Assembly: GCA_964016885.1 (NCBI GenBank)
Contig: OZ024757.1
Coordinates: 13,764,001-13,828,000 of the forward strand
Length of the DNA stretch: 64,000 nucleotides
Direction: 5' to 3'
Source: Eledone cirrhosa
Taxonomy: Eukaryota
In this document: in pieces, positions 27,108-40,939 of the stretch
Layout: the number at the start of each line of letters is the position of its first letter
How positions within the stretch are numbered: position 1 is the stretch's first letter
Position numbers and translations under genes: made by a program
The notes under the pieces: generated by a model
Database searches by the model: none
What the model saw: the letters and a program-made list of their open reading frames with translations, nothing else
Told to the model about the DNA's origin: nothing

Positions 27108-27420
27108 GTACGGGGTCTTATATAAAACAACGAACGGGATCCTATACATAATAACGAACGGGATCTTATACACGATAACGAACGAGATCTTATTCAGAAT
27201 AACGATGGGATTCTATATACAATGCCTAACAGCATCTTATATAAAATAACGATCGAGACCCTATATACAATAACGAACGGGATCTTATATAAAATAATAA
27301 TGGATCTTATATAAAATAATAATGGATCTTATATAAAATAATAATGGATCTTATATAAAATAATAATGGGATCTTATATAAAATAACGATGGCATCCTAT
27401 ATACGGGGATCTTATTTATA
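27108..27420. repeat. ~22-24 bp minisatellite
   Basis: GGATCTTATATAAAATAA(C/T)(G)AA units. Confidence 0.85.
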
Positions 27421-27659
27421 TACAATAATGAAAATATTTCTAAAATATTACATTAATTCTTGAAAAATAAAATTACAAAATATTCGTAATCTACATTATA
27501 ATCTGGAAATTTTTTAAAATTAAAATATAAGAATTATTAAGAAAATTACGAAATATTCTTAATCTACATTAGAGAAAATATATTAATCTGGAATTTTTTA
27601 TTAAAATATAAGAATTATTAAGAAAATTCTGAGGAATACAAAGTCGTTATATTGGTGGT

Positions 27660-27761
27660 ATAATAATCGTTTCTACTTTTGGAGCAAGGCCAGCAAATAC
27701 CCAGTACATTACTGGTACTTTATTTTATCGACCCTGTAAGGATGAAAAGCAAAGTTAACCA
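27660..27761 (-). mobile_element. SINE family A fragment
   Basis: Reverse complement of the core. Confidence 0.8.
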
Positions 27762-29055
27762 ATAATAGTGGAGGCAGGGTCACTAAACTGTAGTTAGGCT
27801 CTACTGTGGTTATTCCCACCTCATTTGTCCACCACCATAGCCAGATCAGACCACTTGTCGTTATCTCTTTCCCTATTGTCCACAATCAACATTTGACCGG
27901 TTGATAGTGACCCCATTTTGTTGTAAAACAACAACAACAACAAGACAAGAAAAGGTGAACCCAAATCTTTCGCCTCTCTTCCCCGTTTTAATTATTTTCT
28001 AGTGTGTGTATATGTATGTATTTATGTATGTATGTATGCATGTATGTATTTATGTATGTATGTGCCTTTGTTTGTATTCAATGTCTGAAATAAGCAGACG
28101 ACAGAGAGAGAGAGAGAAAGTGTGTGAGCGTGAGAGAGGGAGGGAGTGTGGGTAAATGAAAGAGAGGGAGTGTGTAAGAGGTAGAAGAGTATAAAAGAGG
28201 GAAAGAGTGTGTGTGAGAGTGAATGATTGAGTGTGAGAGAGTAAAAGAGACAGTGAGTGTGAGAGAGTAAAAGAGACAGTGAGTGTGTGAGAGAGTAAAG
28301 ACACGGTTGTGTGTGTAAGAGAGGTAAAATAGTGTCAAAATAAGAGAGTGAGTGCGAGAGAGTATAGACAGAGTAAGTGTTTGTAAGAGAGGTACAAGAG
28401 TATGAAAGAGGGAAAAAGAGAGAGAGAGATGCGGACATTTTTCTTTGAATTTTTATCATCTCCACACCCGACCACAATTTTATCTTTATTTTTTCTCTCT
28501 TCCTGTTTATTAACATTTATTTAAATACTTCCATCAGTGTATATTCTCGTTCGTTAATGAATTTCTAAAGTCATTTTAAAACTGTGTTTCAATGATTCAC
28601 AATTAAGCTGACACTTGAAAAATAGAATAAAAAAACTAAACTAAACGGCACTGTGTCAAGTTCACTTAAATCACTTAATATAATATATTATACATGTACT
28701 TAAATCACTTATAGAAATGATATTGTCTGTCTGTGTGTGTGTAATATATATTGTGTATGTGTATACAGATATTATATAGTGTGTGTGTGTGTGAGGGGGG
28801 GGGATAGGTTTGGGTCAGCACAATGCACACTCGTGCACATTCATATATGCGTGTATGTATATATGTGTGTGTTTATGTATGTATATATGTGTGTGTGTGT
28901 ATGTATGTATGTATATATGTGTGTGTATGTATGTATATATGTGTGTGTATGTATGTATATATGTGTGTGTATGTATGTATAGATGTGTGTATGTATGTAT
29001 ATATATGTGTGTGTATCTATGTATGTATATATATATGTGTGTGTGTGTGTATGTA

Positions 29056-29092
<37 letters not shown>

Positions 29093-29103
29093 GTGTATAT
29101 ATG

Positions 29104-29137
<34 letters not shown>

Positions 29138-29399
29138 CGTCGCGCTGGAACTGTGTCAGTGAGTAGGTTACCGACAGTGCGACAAAAGAATATCATACCA
29201 AGTTATAAACAATAAATATGAATTGTGTTTGTAAATGGTTGTGAACGACACACCTGTTTTATGTCCCAGTTGCACTCAAATATCGTCCTTAATGAACCGA
29301 AACTGTAGTGATTTCCAGAGGTTAGCTGAGGAGATGGGACTGTCCGTCTTTCCGTTGTTTTTCTCCATAGTGTTTGTCCTATGCACCCATATTTTGAAT

Positions 29400-29563
<164 letters not shown>

Positions 29564-29697
29564 TATATATATATGGTGTGTGTGTGTATATTTATATATA
29601 CACACATACATACACACAAACACGCACACATACACATTCACACACACACACACATATATATATATACACAAGCACACACACACACACCATTCCTAAC

Positions 29698-29751
<54 letters not shown>

Positions 29752-29830
29752 TGCGTGTGTGTGTATATATTTATATATAGTCTTTTTAAAAAAACCCCAC
29801 ATAACTAAGTCTTCAGAATATAAATTCATA

Positions 29831-29879
29831 AAGGATGAATATTGACGTACACACAAACATACATACATATATCCGTGTT

Positions 29880-29927
<48 letters not shown>

Positions 29928-29984
29928 CACACACAAACACGGATATATGTATGTATGTTTGTGTGTACGTTAATATTCATCCTT
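29831..29984. repeat. Fold-back around a central (TA)n
   Basis: AAGGATGAATATTGACGTACACAC... and its reverse complement. Confidence 0.8.
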
Positions 29985-30173
29985 TTCTATTTTTAGGCTC
30001 AACAAATTTCTTTAGTCAAAAATACTGCGAAAGTTTCTATTTTTAACTATATATATATATATATATATATGAAAAACAAGGGGAGAAGAATACTGCATGG
30101 TTGCACATGGATTACATATTATAAAATGAGTCCCTCATCAGTGATTTGCTAACCATCATTGGTATTTCATCGC

Positions 30174-30218
<45 letters not shown>

Positions 30219-30263
30219 AGAAATAGAAGCTTTCGCCGTATTTTATATATATATATATATATA

Positions 30264-30333
30264 TACGATATTAAATAAATGGAAACTATATTTATGGTTT
30301 TATAAATATAGTTTCCATTTATTTAATATCGTA
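30264..30333. repeat. 70 bp palindrome
   Basis: TACGATATTAAATAAATGGAAACTATATTTAT-GGTTTT-reverse complement; matches the tail at 37147-37183. Confidence 0.85.
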
Positions 30334-30416
30334 AATATACTCCAAATACTTGTTGAGTGCTTTTATATCAGTTATAAATATTTACTCGTTGTAACCCAAC
30401 AATTTAAATAAAACTT

Positions 30417-30455
<39 letters not shown>

Positions 30456-30950
30456 AGAAATAGAAGCTTTCGCTATATATATATATATATATATATATAA
30501 TGGGAATTTTACATAACCTCAGTACGCTGAGATGCAACCGGTATTAACAGGGAAACCTTATGCTAGTCCAGTCAGCTTATTATAAATATATATATATGTA
30601 TAATAACGACTACGGCGAAATACCCCAAGGGAGTGTTCTGTTTGCTAAATACAACTACGGTAGGGCCTCACTTATATAATAAAGTGTTGAAAAACTGACA
30701 TCACCTCAGCAATTACTACATCACCATTCCCTCTAGAACTAAGCAACTAAAACCAACAAGGGAGATCAGAGGGAGATTTTGCCTACTGATTACTTAGATA
30801 GTCTCAGTTGATGCAATGTTCCCAAATCATGATAATTCATTCTGTATATGAGATTCTACTCCATGGGTATTTAGTATTGAGAGTGCTCTCAAGAGGATAA
30901 TTCTCGCTCAGATATGTTTATATTCGGAGCTAGTGTCGATACCCCCTACC

Positions 30951-30982
<32 letters not shown>

Positions 30983-30989
30983 TTTCTCT

Positions 30990-31053
<64 letters not shown>

Positions 31054-31056
31054 ATA

Positions 31057-31097
<41 letters not shown>

Positions 31098-32021
31098 CAG
31101 AAAATGCATACAGGGAGACAGATAACTGCATCTTTACCTCGCCAGCCACCTTGCTGGCGTGCAATTTTGTGCATTATGTGTATGTGTATATATATATATA
31201 TACACATACACATATGCTGTATGTATGTGTGTGTGTATATATATATTACACACACACACATGCTGTGTGTGTGTGTGTGTGTGTACATTTGTGTTTCTGT
31301 TTGTGCAATATGTCCCTAACATGGCGGTAGACAAAACAATAGATGAAGATAAATACTGTACCATACTTGAAACAATAGGCACTGGAGCCTTAAAAGGGTC
31401 CACTAGACCCCATTAAAGGCTGTGGATTAGCATATGGTCGGTCGCAGTCTTCTGATTCCTGAAGACAGTAAAAGAGTAAAAAGAATGGAATCTTGATGAG
31501 GATGAAAACAAACTAAGATATACATACTCTCTCTCTCTGACACACACAAACACACAAACACACAAACACACAAACACACAAACACACACACACACACTCT
31601 CGCACACTCCGCACACACCGCGCACACACATATATATACACAAACACACGCACGCATACTGTCTCACACCCACTCTATCACACACACACACACACATACA
31701 TACACACAAACATACACACAAACACGCTCACGCACACATACACATTCACACACACACATATATATATATATACACAAGCACACACACACACACCATTCCT
31801 AACCTAACTAAAACCTAACTCCACTATATTGAACAATTATCTCTCATTACAGTACCTAGTTCAGTTTAATGTTACCCAGCTCTTAATTAAATACTTCTAA
31901 TATTTGACAGCTCACCACAGATTTCCTGTAGAAAAATAATTAACGCCGACCCCAAAATGAAAGAAATTTGAAGGCTGTGTGTGTGTGTATACATACGCAC
32001 GCGCACACCCACCCATTTTTC

Positions 32022-32072
<51 letters not shown>

Positions 32073-32073
<1 letters not shown>

Positions 32074-32194
32074 TGCCATTAAATTAGACATGGCCTGAGC
32101 CAATACTGGCCGAAACCTATCAGTTTCATATATATATATATCTATGATAGGTTTCGGCCAGTATTGGCTCAGGCCATGTCTAATTTAATGGCAC
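32073..32194. repeat. Fold-back with hammerhead-like remnant
   Basis: 49 bp perfect arms containing CTGA-gcca atac tggc c GAAA. Confidence 0.8.
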
Positions 32195-32215
32195 ACACAC
32201 ACACACGCACGCACG

Positions 32216-32383
<168 letters not shown>

Positions 32384-32384
32384 C

Positions 32385-33215
32385 TAGGGTAAGAGTAAAA
32401 TCAGTCGATATGTAGTTCGGTTTTATGCCTGGGATAGTACTACTGATGCCCTCTTCTTAGTGAGACAACTGCAAGAGAAATTCAATGCCAAGAATATGCC
32501 GTTACACCTAGCTTTTGTGGATTTAGAAAAGGCAGTGTACCTCGTCCTGTTATCTGGTAGTTCTTAAGAAAATTAGAATTAGGTGTTGAAGAATGGTTTG
32601 TGAGAACAGTGCAAGCCATGTAGAGAGGAGCTGTCAGCGAAGTGAGTTCAGTGAGGAATTCAAGGTGCAGTTAACAGTTCATCAGGGTTCGGTTCCCAGC
32701 CCACTGCTGTTTATTATAGTTTTCCAGGTCATTACAGGGGCGTTTAAGGCTGTCTTTCCATTGGAACTTCTCTATGCGAATGGTCTGGTTCTTATAGCTG
32801 AATCCATAAAGGAACTAGAGAATACATTCCGACTATGGAAACAGCATTTGGAATCAAAAAGACTGAGAGTAAACTTAACCAAAACTAAAGTGCTACTAAG
32901 TAGGAAAGAACACAGGGCCCTGATTCATTTAGGGAAGTGGTCCTACTCAATATGTAGAAAAGAAGTAGCATAAACACTATATGATGTACACAATGTAAAT
33001 CTTGGGTACTCAAGAGATGTAATGGGCTAACAGGTAGACCAACAGGAAGGGAAGACTGTATGTAAACGCTGCACAGGGATAATTGAGAAGATTGTCAGTG
33101 ATATAAACCTTTTTTCAATCACACGAGGTCCATAGAAGTAGTTGATAGCTTTTGCTATCTATGTGACCTAATTAGCAGCGGAGGAGGGTGCTCCGAGAGC
33201 ATAATAGTTAGAATA
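32385..33215 (+). pseudogene. Decayed RTE-like LINE reverse transcriptase
   Basis: FGFMPG, STTDALFLVRQLQEK, LAFVDLEKA, VHQGSVPSPLLF, LLYANGLVL (YADD), VNLTKTKV, Cys-rich insert, VVDSFCYL. Confidence 0.9.
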
Positions 33216-33352
33216 AATATATATAATTAGTTACTACAGTGACGTATACAAGTACTTAAGTTTCGTTGGGCTATATTCAGCTTGTTATATATCCTATGGA
33301 CTGAATGCTCTTAACCTTGGACATTTCTACCAAAGTTATGCTACAATAAATT

Positions 33353-33387
<35 letters not shown>

Positions 33388-33393
<6 letters not shown>

Positions 33394-33591
33394 ATGAGGG
33401 TGTGGTAAGATACCAGGTGGACCATAACGTACCACAGTACTCAATACTTAGGGTAGTAGAGTGGGTAATAGGAAAAGAGTCGGGGCCCCGAACGCTGAGC
33501 TCCGGCCGTTTCGACAACTAGATTCGATCAGTTCAGATCTAGCTGTCGAAACGGCCGGAGCTCAGCCGTCGGGGCCCTGACTCTTATCCTA
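33388..33591. mobile_element. Hairpin family H fold-back (subfamily 2)
   Basis: Long arm plus inverted CTAGCTGTCGAAACGGCCGGAGCTCAGCCGTCGGGG. Confidence 0.85.
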
Positions 33592-33655
33592 AGAGGATAT
33601 ATGTATCGTAAGAGAGGAGGAGAGAAACTTGGGACTCCTACATTTATTCATTTTG

Positions 33656-33705
<50 letters not shown>

Positions 33706-33793
33706 TAAAATTGAAGACTAAAATCCAAAGAGGGCTCGATAAGGAAAATATATATCAGATATATATCTGATATATATAAGAACCGAAGAGCAA

Positions 33794-34112
33794 ATATTTA
33801 TTAAAATAACAGATTAAAGTTTAAGCAAAGAATCGCTGCTTTCACCCTTAACGGGATCTTCTGAAACTAACAAAGTCAATCTGTAAACGCAGAACTGGAT
33901 ATTTCAAAAAACGTTGCAACCGGAGGAAGACAGGAAGACGATACTTTGGTTCGTGGAAACGTTCGCTGGCAAAGAACGGGAAAAAACGAATAATACGTCA
34001 TTAATAGGAGCGGTGAAAAACATTTACGCGCAAAGACAGAACCACTCAGAAGATCCCGTTAAGGGTGAAAGCAGCGATTCTTTGCTTAAACTTTAATCTG
34101 TTATTTTAATAA

Positions 34113-34115
<3 letters not shown>
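33794..34115. repeat. Inverted ~70 bp arms with ~180 bp spacer
   Basis: 33794-33864 versus 34046-34115. Confidence 0.85.
33818..33868 (-). ncRNA. Hammerhead-like motif, core variant CAGAAGA
   Basis: Minus: AGTTT CAGAAGA t ccc gttaa ggg t GAAA gca...tgc TT AAACT. Confidence 0.6.
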
Positions 34116-34146
<31 letters not shown>

Positions 34147-34446
34147 TTATACAATGGTATTTGGGGTTTCCTTTTTTTCTTGTTTTGAAATAAAACTATT
34201 TCGTTATAAATCATGTGTAAATTTGATAACGGCGGGTCTTTCAAAACAGCGAGTGCATTGCGGCAGGGGTGTGTGTCTATATGTATACGTGTAGGCGTCC
34301 TGTACTTGTTTGTTTGTGAAATCCTACGTCACCGTGTCAGTATGTGTCTATGACTATGGATGAGGTAGGAGGTAGGGGGTTGAAGGAGGCTTAGAATTTG
34401 CCGAGGAAGGGGATATGTATAAACACATATACATACAGAATATATA

Positions 34447-34606
34447 TTCGGTAGAGGGGGCGAACATGCTTTCCAGCATAGTTATGTCCCTTTACGATCT
34501 GAGTTCAAATCCCGCCGTGGTTAACTTTGCCTTTCATCCTTACAGGGTCGATAAAATAAGTACCAGTAATGTACTGGGTAATTGCTGGCCTTGTGCCAAA
34601 AGTAGA

Positions 34607-34612
<6 letters not shown>
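34447..34612 (+). mobile_element. SINE family A
   Basis: tRNA-like head, B-box and core; other copies at 34797-34930 (-) and 35292-35430 (+). Confidence 0.85.
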
Positions 34613-34667
<55 letters not shown>

Positions 34668-34759
34668 AACATAAAGTTCAATAAACTGACAGAAATACTC
34701 AAGAGCAAGTGGTAACTAATGTGCCCATGTGTGTGTGTGTATGTATGTGTGTATGTATG

Positions 34760-34790
<31 letters not shown>

Positions 34791-34942
34791 GTGTGTGTTT
34801 TATCGACCCCTGAACGGTGAAAGGCAAAGTTAACCTTGGCGAGATTTGAACTCAGAATCTAAAGAGCAAGAACAAACACCGCAATGGCATTTTATTCGAC
34901 ACTCTACCAATTCTGCCAACCCATCACCCTAACTTAAATATA

Positions 34943-35029
34943 CAGGGTGTCCCCCCCCAAAAAAAAATAAGGTATACACATATTTATTAGAATGCTGTTG
35001 AAGTGTGTATACATTTTTTGGGGACACTG
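34943..35029. mobile_element. Tc1/mariner-type MITE
   Basis: TA-CAGGGTGTCCCC...GGGGACACTG-TA. Confidence 0.75.
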
Positions 35030-35815
35030 TATATTATAGATTAATACCAAAATCCTGGCTCAACGAAATTCCTTTGGTGTGTCCAGATTAGGAGAAAGAA
35101 GCAATGGAAAGATCTCGTATATGGCGGTTTTACACCAAGAAGACTATTTGAAAACAAACACTACTCTCTATTTATAGCTTTAAATGGAAGGCAGTGTGTT
35201 TTAAACAGACGACTTTGCAAACGCAGCTGATAGCTTAATTAAACAATTGGATTAAATGGTGATTATGTAAACCTTAGCACTTCGTTTTCAAGGCGGTCAA
35301 CTGGCAAAGGCGTTGTGTATGTTGCCGCTCTCTTCTCTCTTAGTTCAAATCCCGCTGAGGTCAACTTCGCCTTTCATCAGTTCGGGATAGATAGTAGCAG
35401 TCGAGGTGTTGAAGTACCAGTCGAATACTGTGGATTGCCAGAGTTGTTAAAACCCTCTCTCTTTTGGCCCTTTACGTTCCCAGTTCGACAGTGATGACAC
35501 TGGCGTTAAACTATATCGGGCGTAGGATGGGGTAAACTTGCATGCATGAGTGACTGCTGGTCTTCTACAAAACACCTTACATAGGATTGTGTTTTGGAGA
35601 GGAACTATCCATGATCGAAAGTGGCCCCCAAAGTAGCACACAGACAGCATGAGGTCATTAAAAAAGATAGAGCTAGTTTGGAAGACATGCTGCTGAGATT
35701 TATTGTCAACCTCGGCTATTTCGGGAACCGCTTGGCTGGAGGTCAACAGCTACATCCGGATCTAGCTGTTAGCTGTTGAAACGGCCGGAGCTCAGCCGTC
35801 GGGGTCCTGATTTTT

Positions 35816-35856
<41 letters not shown>

Positions 35857-36247
35857 CATTGTACCGTATCGTTCTCCCGTGTTGACACATCACACACACA
35901 CACACACATCAATTCATTCGTTCAGAAAAGTCGTGCGGCCATGAAATATAAACAAACAAAGATGGCGTCTTCGAGAAGTCGGCAGCCAACGAAGTCTGAA
36001 GTTTAACAATTGGTAACAATGTAGGCACAACGTTTGGGTTTCTTAGTGTTTTTTTGTAACAAATGTGTCACGATCATTGCCCTTTCTCTCTCTCTCTCTC
36101 TTACACATATACACACTCAGAACCCCTCTCATACACACTATAGCCCCCTCCCACACACACACCCTCTCCCGCCTATTCTCTTACACACACACACTCAGCT
36201 CCTCTCTCTCACACCCTCTGACCCTCCCTCTTATTCATTCTTAGTGA

Positions 36248-36740
36248 CATAGTTACGGCCCTTTATGATCTTAGTTCAAAATCCGCCGAATTGACTTTGC
36301 CTTTCATCCTTACGGGGTCGATAAAATAAAGTACCAGTAATACACTGGGGTCGAGTTAATCGACTTTCCCTTTCCCCTTCAAATTGCTGGCCTTTGCAGC
36401 ATAGTTATGGCCCTTTGCGTTCTAAGTTCAAATCCGCTGAGGTTGACTTTGCCTTTCATCCTTACGAGGTCGATAAAATAAAGTACCAGTGGTGCACTGG
36501 GGGTAATCGCTGGCCTTGTGCCAAAATTAGAAACTCTAAGGGCGGTGGATTGGCAGTATCGGTAGAGGGTCGGACGCCATGCTTTGACGCATAGAGTTAC
36601 GGCCCTTGCCATTCTGAGTTCAAATCCCGCTGAGGTTAACTTTGCCTTTCATCCTTACGGGGTCGATAAAATAAAGTACCAGTAATGCACTGGGTATTTG
36701 CTGGCCTTGTGCCAAAAGTAGAAACAATTATTATTATTAT
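36248..36740 (+). mobile_element. Tandem SINE A array (3 units)
   Basis: Three consecutive cores. Confidence 0.9.
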
Positions 36741-37088
36741 TTGACAGGTTAGATCATATATAATAACGGTCGCTCTCTAGTCCCCCCCCCCCACCTCTAT
36801 AAATTATATTGACCTTTCACTCAGGAGTAGTTTGTTAAAACTACTGCGTCGTCTCAGAGATTTCTCCCCCACTTCTTCTATCGTGTTCCCACACTACCCG
36901 CCCCCCTCCTCCTCCTTCACCTCACTCTATCTACCAAGTCTTTGATGGTTTATCGTTTGACATTCATAAACATCTAACTTTCTTGAAGTACGAAACACCA
37001 ACTTCAGCACCATCAATATTGTCATCGCCTCCAGTGTGGTTATATATATATATATATATATAAGCAGAAGGGATATTCACTTCGTATG

Positions 37089-37141
37089 TTATCTGATGAT
37101 AGCGTACCAAAATTTTGGTACCCTTGAAATATATATAATAG
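37089..37141 (+). ncRNA. Minimal type I hammerhead ribozyme
   Basis: TTAT CTGATGA tagc gtaccaaa at tttggtac cctt GAAA tatata TA ATAG. Confidence 0.8.
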
Positions 37142-37270
37142 AATAAATATGGTTTTATAAATAGTTTCCATTTATTTAATATCATTGTATATATATATAT
37201 ATATTGCCATCGCCTCCAGTGTGGTTATATATGTGTGTCTGTGTATATGTGAGAGTAAAGGTGTGGGTGA

Positions 37271-37303
37271 GACGTTTCGGGCATAAGCCCTTCATCAGGT
37301 GAG
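37271..37303 (-). ncRNA. Hammerhead core without evident stem I
   Basis: Minus: CTGATGA a gggc ttat gccc GAAA cg TC. Confidence 0.55.
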
Positions 37304-37521
37304 TGGTAGGATGGAGAAGGCGGAGGAACTCCGAGAGGGAGTGAGGGCGAGTTACATATATATATATATAAAACTCCTCCGTCTCCTTCCCACCACTCTC
37401 CCGATGAAGTCGCACCCACACCCCTCACTCTCTATAAGCATGAACCTAATACCTTTCGTAACTTGTACTCCTGTGTTGTTGTTTTCTACTTTCCCCTTAT
37501 ATATATATATTTTCTGCTAAT

Positions 37522-37565
<44 letters not shown>

Positions 37566-37854
37566 ATTATCAGAAAATGCAGTTATTTAAGATGAACAGA
37601 CAGCTGTAGCTCCACCTCGCCAGTCACCTTCCTGGCGTGTAGTTTCGCGCATTAATGATATATATATATATATATATATATATAAAGAATTAATATCTAG
37701 TAACATATATATACATACAGATGCATATCAATGCTAGCAAATATATAGGTTTTGTCTTAGTAACTTTGTGGTTCAATGCATGGGGTTGCAGAACAATAAT
37801 ATGAGAGACGTAAAATAAGAAAATTATAAAATTAACTTACTTACTAAAATATCA

Positions 37855-37934
37855 CTTCCAACTAATTAGTTTCTGGAATGGAATAAATATATTTTCCGAA
37901 GAAAATACAGAGAATCATTCCGTCGTCAGGGAAG
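37855..37934 (-). ncRNA. Type I hammerhead ribozyme
   Basis: Minus: CTTCC CTGACGA c ggaatg...cattcc a GAAA ctaattag TT GGAAG. Confidence 0.87.
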
Positions 37935-38378
37935 ACTATTCTCATCTAAGTATCCAGGCAAAGCGTGGACTCTGGAAACTTATTAAAAAATAATTCAGTG
38001 GATAGAAAATAGCAAAGCGTGGACTGAATTCCTAGCCATTGAGAAAATCACTGCCTCTGCGCCTGTGGCAAATTCAAAAAGAATCAATCACGTGACATCG
38101 AGGTCAATCAGTGGAAAGTGGTTTGCTAATAAGACAGCGGCCTGCCTGCTACCATAGCAGCAGTCATGGCCAATATTGCTCGACAAATAATTTGGAGATA
38201 ATTATAAAGAATTAATATCTAGTAACATATATATATACATACAGATGCATATCAATGCTAGCAAATATATAGGTTTTGTCTTAGTAACTTTGTGGTTCAA
38301 TGCATGGGGTTGCAGAACAATAATATGAGAGACGTAAAATAAGAAAATTATAAAATTAACTTACTTACTAAAATATCA

Positions 38379-38458
38379 CTTCCAACTAATTAGTTTCTGG
38401 AATGGAATAAATATATTTTCCGAAGAAAATACAGAGAATCATTCCGTCGTCAGGGAAG
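38379..38458 (-). ncRNA. Type I hammerhead ribozyme (second tandem copy)
   Basis: Same sequence as 37855-37934, 524 bp away. Confidence 0.87.
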
Positions 38459-38480
38459 ACTATTCTCATCTAAGTATCCA

Positions 38481-38514
<34 letters not shown>

Positions 38515-38656
38515 TCCCCTTCTCAATGGAAGTCCGCCTGGATTATCCATTTATTTTAGTATTTGAAACCGCGCGGTAAAGTACAGCATATAGTAAGTAC
38601 AGCGGACTTTTTAAAATTTATTTTAAAAAAACTTTTTCTCTATTTGCTAAACCTTG

Positions 38657-38699
<43 letters not shown>

Positions 38700-38702
<3 letters not shown>

Positions 38703-38893
38703 GAAGGAAATGTGGTAAGTAACCAGATGGACCATAACGCACCAAAGTACTCAATAATTAGGCTAGTAGAGTGGGTAATAGGAACAAGTCGGACCCCGAC
38801 GGCTGAGCTCAAGCCGTTTCGACGGCTAATACTAGTCCAGAATTAGCCGTCGAAACGGCATGAGCTCAGCCGTCGGGGTCCTACTCGTTCCTA
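38700..38893. mobile_element. Hairpin family H fold-back
   Basis: Long arm plus short inverted arm between (TA)n tracts. Confidence 0.88.
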
Positions 38894-39167
38894 TATATAT
38901 ATATATATATATATATATACCCCACATACAGAGGTCTGAACGCAATCGCGGTGCCACTCTGCATCTCTCTACATATTGAGTACTCCCATGATTTGTGGTC
39001 TCCCCGGTCTCAGCACCGCAGTCTCTGTCTGTCTCTCTCTCTTTCTCTATGTTTATATGTATATATAATGTTAAGGATTTCCTAAGAAAAAGCAAAGGAA
39101 AAAAGAGTGCTCTATGTATAGAACAGAGCTATTTAATTAGAAAGTGAACAACACAATATATGACTAC

Positions 39168-39233
39168 TCCATTACCAAGGGTTTCAGGACCCTCGACAGT
39201 ATTAACGTACGTCTAGTTCGCTCATCAGATAGA
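39168..39233 (-). ncRNA. Type I hammerhead in imperfect fold-back 39134-39296
   Basis: Minus: TCTAT CTGATGA ... GAAA cc ctt gg TA ATGGA; stem II irregular. Confidence 0.65.
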
Positions 39234-39290
39234 GGGGTTATGAATAAGCCTTTCGTAATGGAATAGTTATATATTGCGTTGTTCACTTTC

Positions 39291-39329
<39 letters not shown>

Positions 39330-39331
<2 letters not shown>

Positions 39332-39536
39332 CGAAGGAAATGTGGTAAGGAACCAGGTGGACCATAACGCACCAAAGTACTCAATACTTAGGGTAGTAGA
39401 GTGGGTAATAGGAACGAATAGGACCCCGACGGCTGAGCTCAAGCCGTTTCGACAGCTAATTCTGGACTCAAATTTTTAGTCCAGAATTAGCCGTCGAAAC
39501 GGCTTGAGCTCAGCCGTCGGGGTCCTACTCGTTCCT
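39330..39536. mobile_element. Hairpin family H fold-back (longest centre)
   Basis: GCTAATTCTGGACT-CAAATTTTT-AGTCCAGAATTAGC. Confidence 0.88.
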
Positions 39537-39562
39537 ATATATATATATATATATATATATAC

Positions 39563-39730
39563 ATGGACACACTAGAAGAGGAAGACCAAGGTTAACATAT
39601 GTTGATGCCCTAAGGACAGACACTGGTCTGTTGGAGATGCAGGATATGGCAGCGATAATGAGGGACAGAGACCGCTGGAGAGAACTCGTCCATGGATCTC
39701 GGGAATTTTACCCGCCTTAGATAGATAGAT
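39563..39730 (+). mobile_element. LINE 3' end with (TAGA)n tail
   Basis: Encodes HGHTRRGRPRLTYVDALRTDTGL; same family as 22172-22380. Confidence 0.75.
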
Positions 39731-40175
39731 ATATGTATATATAAACTGTCGTTATTTTTATTAGAATAGAAGCAGCCACTGAAAAGAATGAAGTCTGAAT
39801 TGTAAGCACTTTCGACTATTTCCCGTACACAGGAAACCAAAAGAGATTATCTTTGTGCATTTAAGAGATTTATGTCTCCTTATCGTGCCATTACTACCCC
39901 AGATGTTCTATGTACGGAGGAATATTACTATAGCAACATCAACGGCCTTACATTAATTTAACATTTATTGTCTTGTATACAACGCTGTTTTACATAACAT
40001 TAATAGGCTTACGTTAATTGTCTTCTATACAAGATATTCATTGCATTAGATTAACAGCCTTATAATTAAAAAGCAATTAACATACTTAACATCGACATTA
40101 AAGAAAATAAATTTAGCAAGTGACATAGTCTATGACCGTGTCTTGAAACTAAATTAATTTGCATCGGGGAAAGAG

Positions 40176-40485
40176 CAAACCTGCCAATCTCTTAAAACCC
40201 AAACGGGGAGTACCATGACAAAAATGTGCCCCAAAACTGGGTGAAATGAGGCAAAATGGGGAGATTTTACATAATGAAAGCTATACCCATTTTCACAAGA
40301 GAAGACATTCCTTTCCCACCCCATAGTACCATGAAAAAATATGCCACCAAACGGGGAGAAATGAGGTAAAATGGGGAGATTTTATAGAAGGAAAGCTATA
40401 CCCATTTTCACAAGAGAAGACATCTCTCACCCACCCCAAAGTGGGTGGGAGAGCTCTCCGTCCGACGGGGAGAGTTGGCATGTCT
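40176..40485. mobile_element. Non-autonomous DNA transposon with internal duplication
   Basis: AAAGAG-CAAACCTGCCAA...TTGGCATGTCT-AAAGAG. Confidence 0.7.
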
Positions 40486-40510
40486 AAAGAGTCACTTTAA
40501 AAGTCTAATA

Positions 40511-40700
40511 AAGTCTGTCTCGAGCCTGGGGCCTTATCAAGCTAGTGTTTATCTAGCTTTCCTTGCCGTTAAGCGACTGAGAGTACAAAACTACCCCCTG
40601 GACATGACACCAATCCATCGCAGGGTTTAACCCCTTGCTATTGCTGGTACTTATTTTCAGATGAGTTTATTGGAACAACGTAAAATGAATATTTTAGCAA
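40511..40700 (-). mobile_element. SINE family D fragment
   Basis: Similar to 52281-52460. Confidence 0.65.
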
Positions 40701-40939
40701 TTCAAAAACAGAAAATCTGCCAGTTTCACTTTCTTGAAATTAGTTATTTCCTGGTGTCAACATTTTTGTCGCGTGGGTCCCCATTTGCTCATAATAGTGA
40801 GAGATGGGGAGTGTGGGAGAGACGGAGAGTGTGGGAGAGACGGAAGTAATGGTAGTGACAGTGAAAGTTTGGTTCTTTTGTGTTCAGACCTGGTGTACAT
40901 ATATATGTTTCACGGACATGTAAAGTGTCTTCACATTAT

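Larger units (their letters stand above)
37682..38484 (-). mobile_element. ~1.5 tandem copies of the 524 bp hammerhead unit (same family as 14584-15436)
   Basis: TATAAAGAATTAATATCTAG at 37681 and 38203; flanked by (TA)n. Confidence 0.88.
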
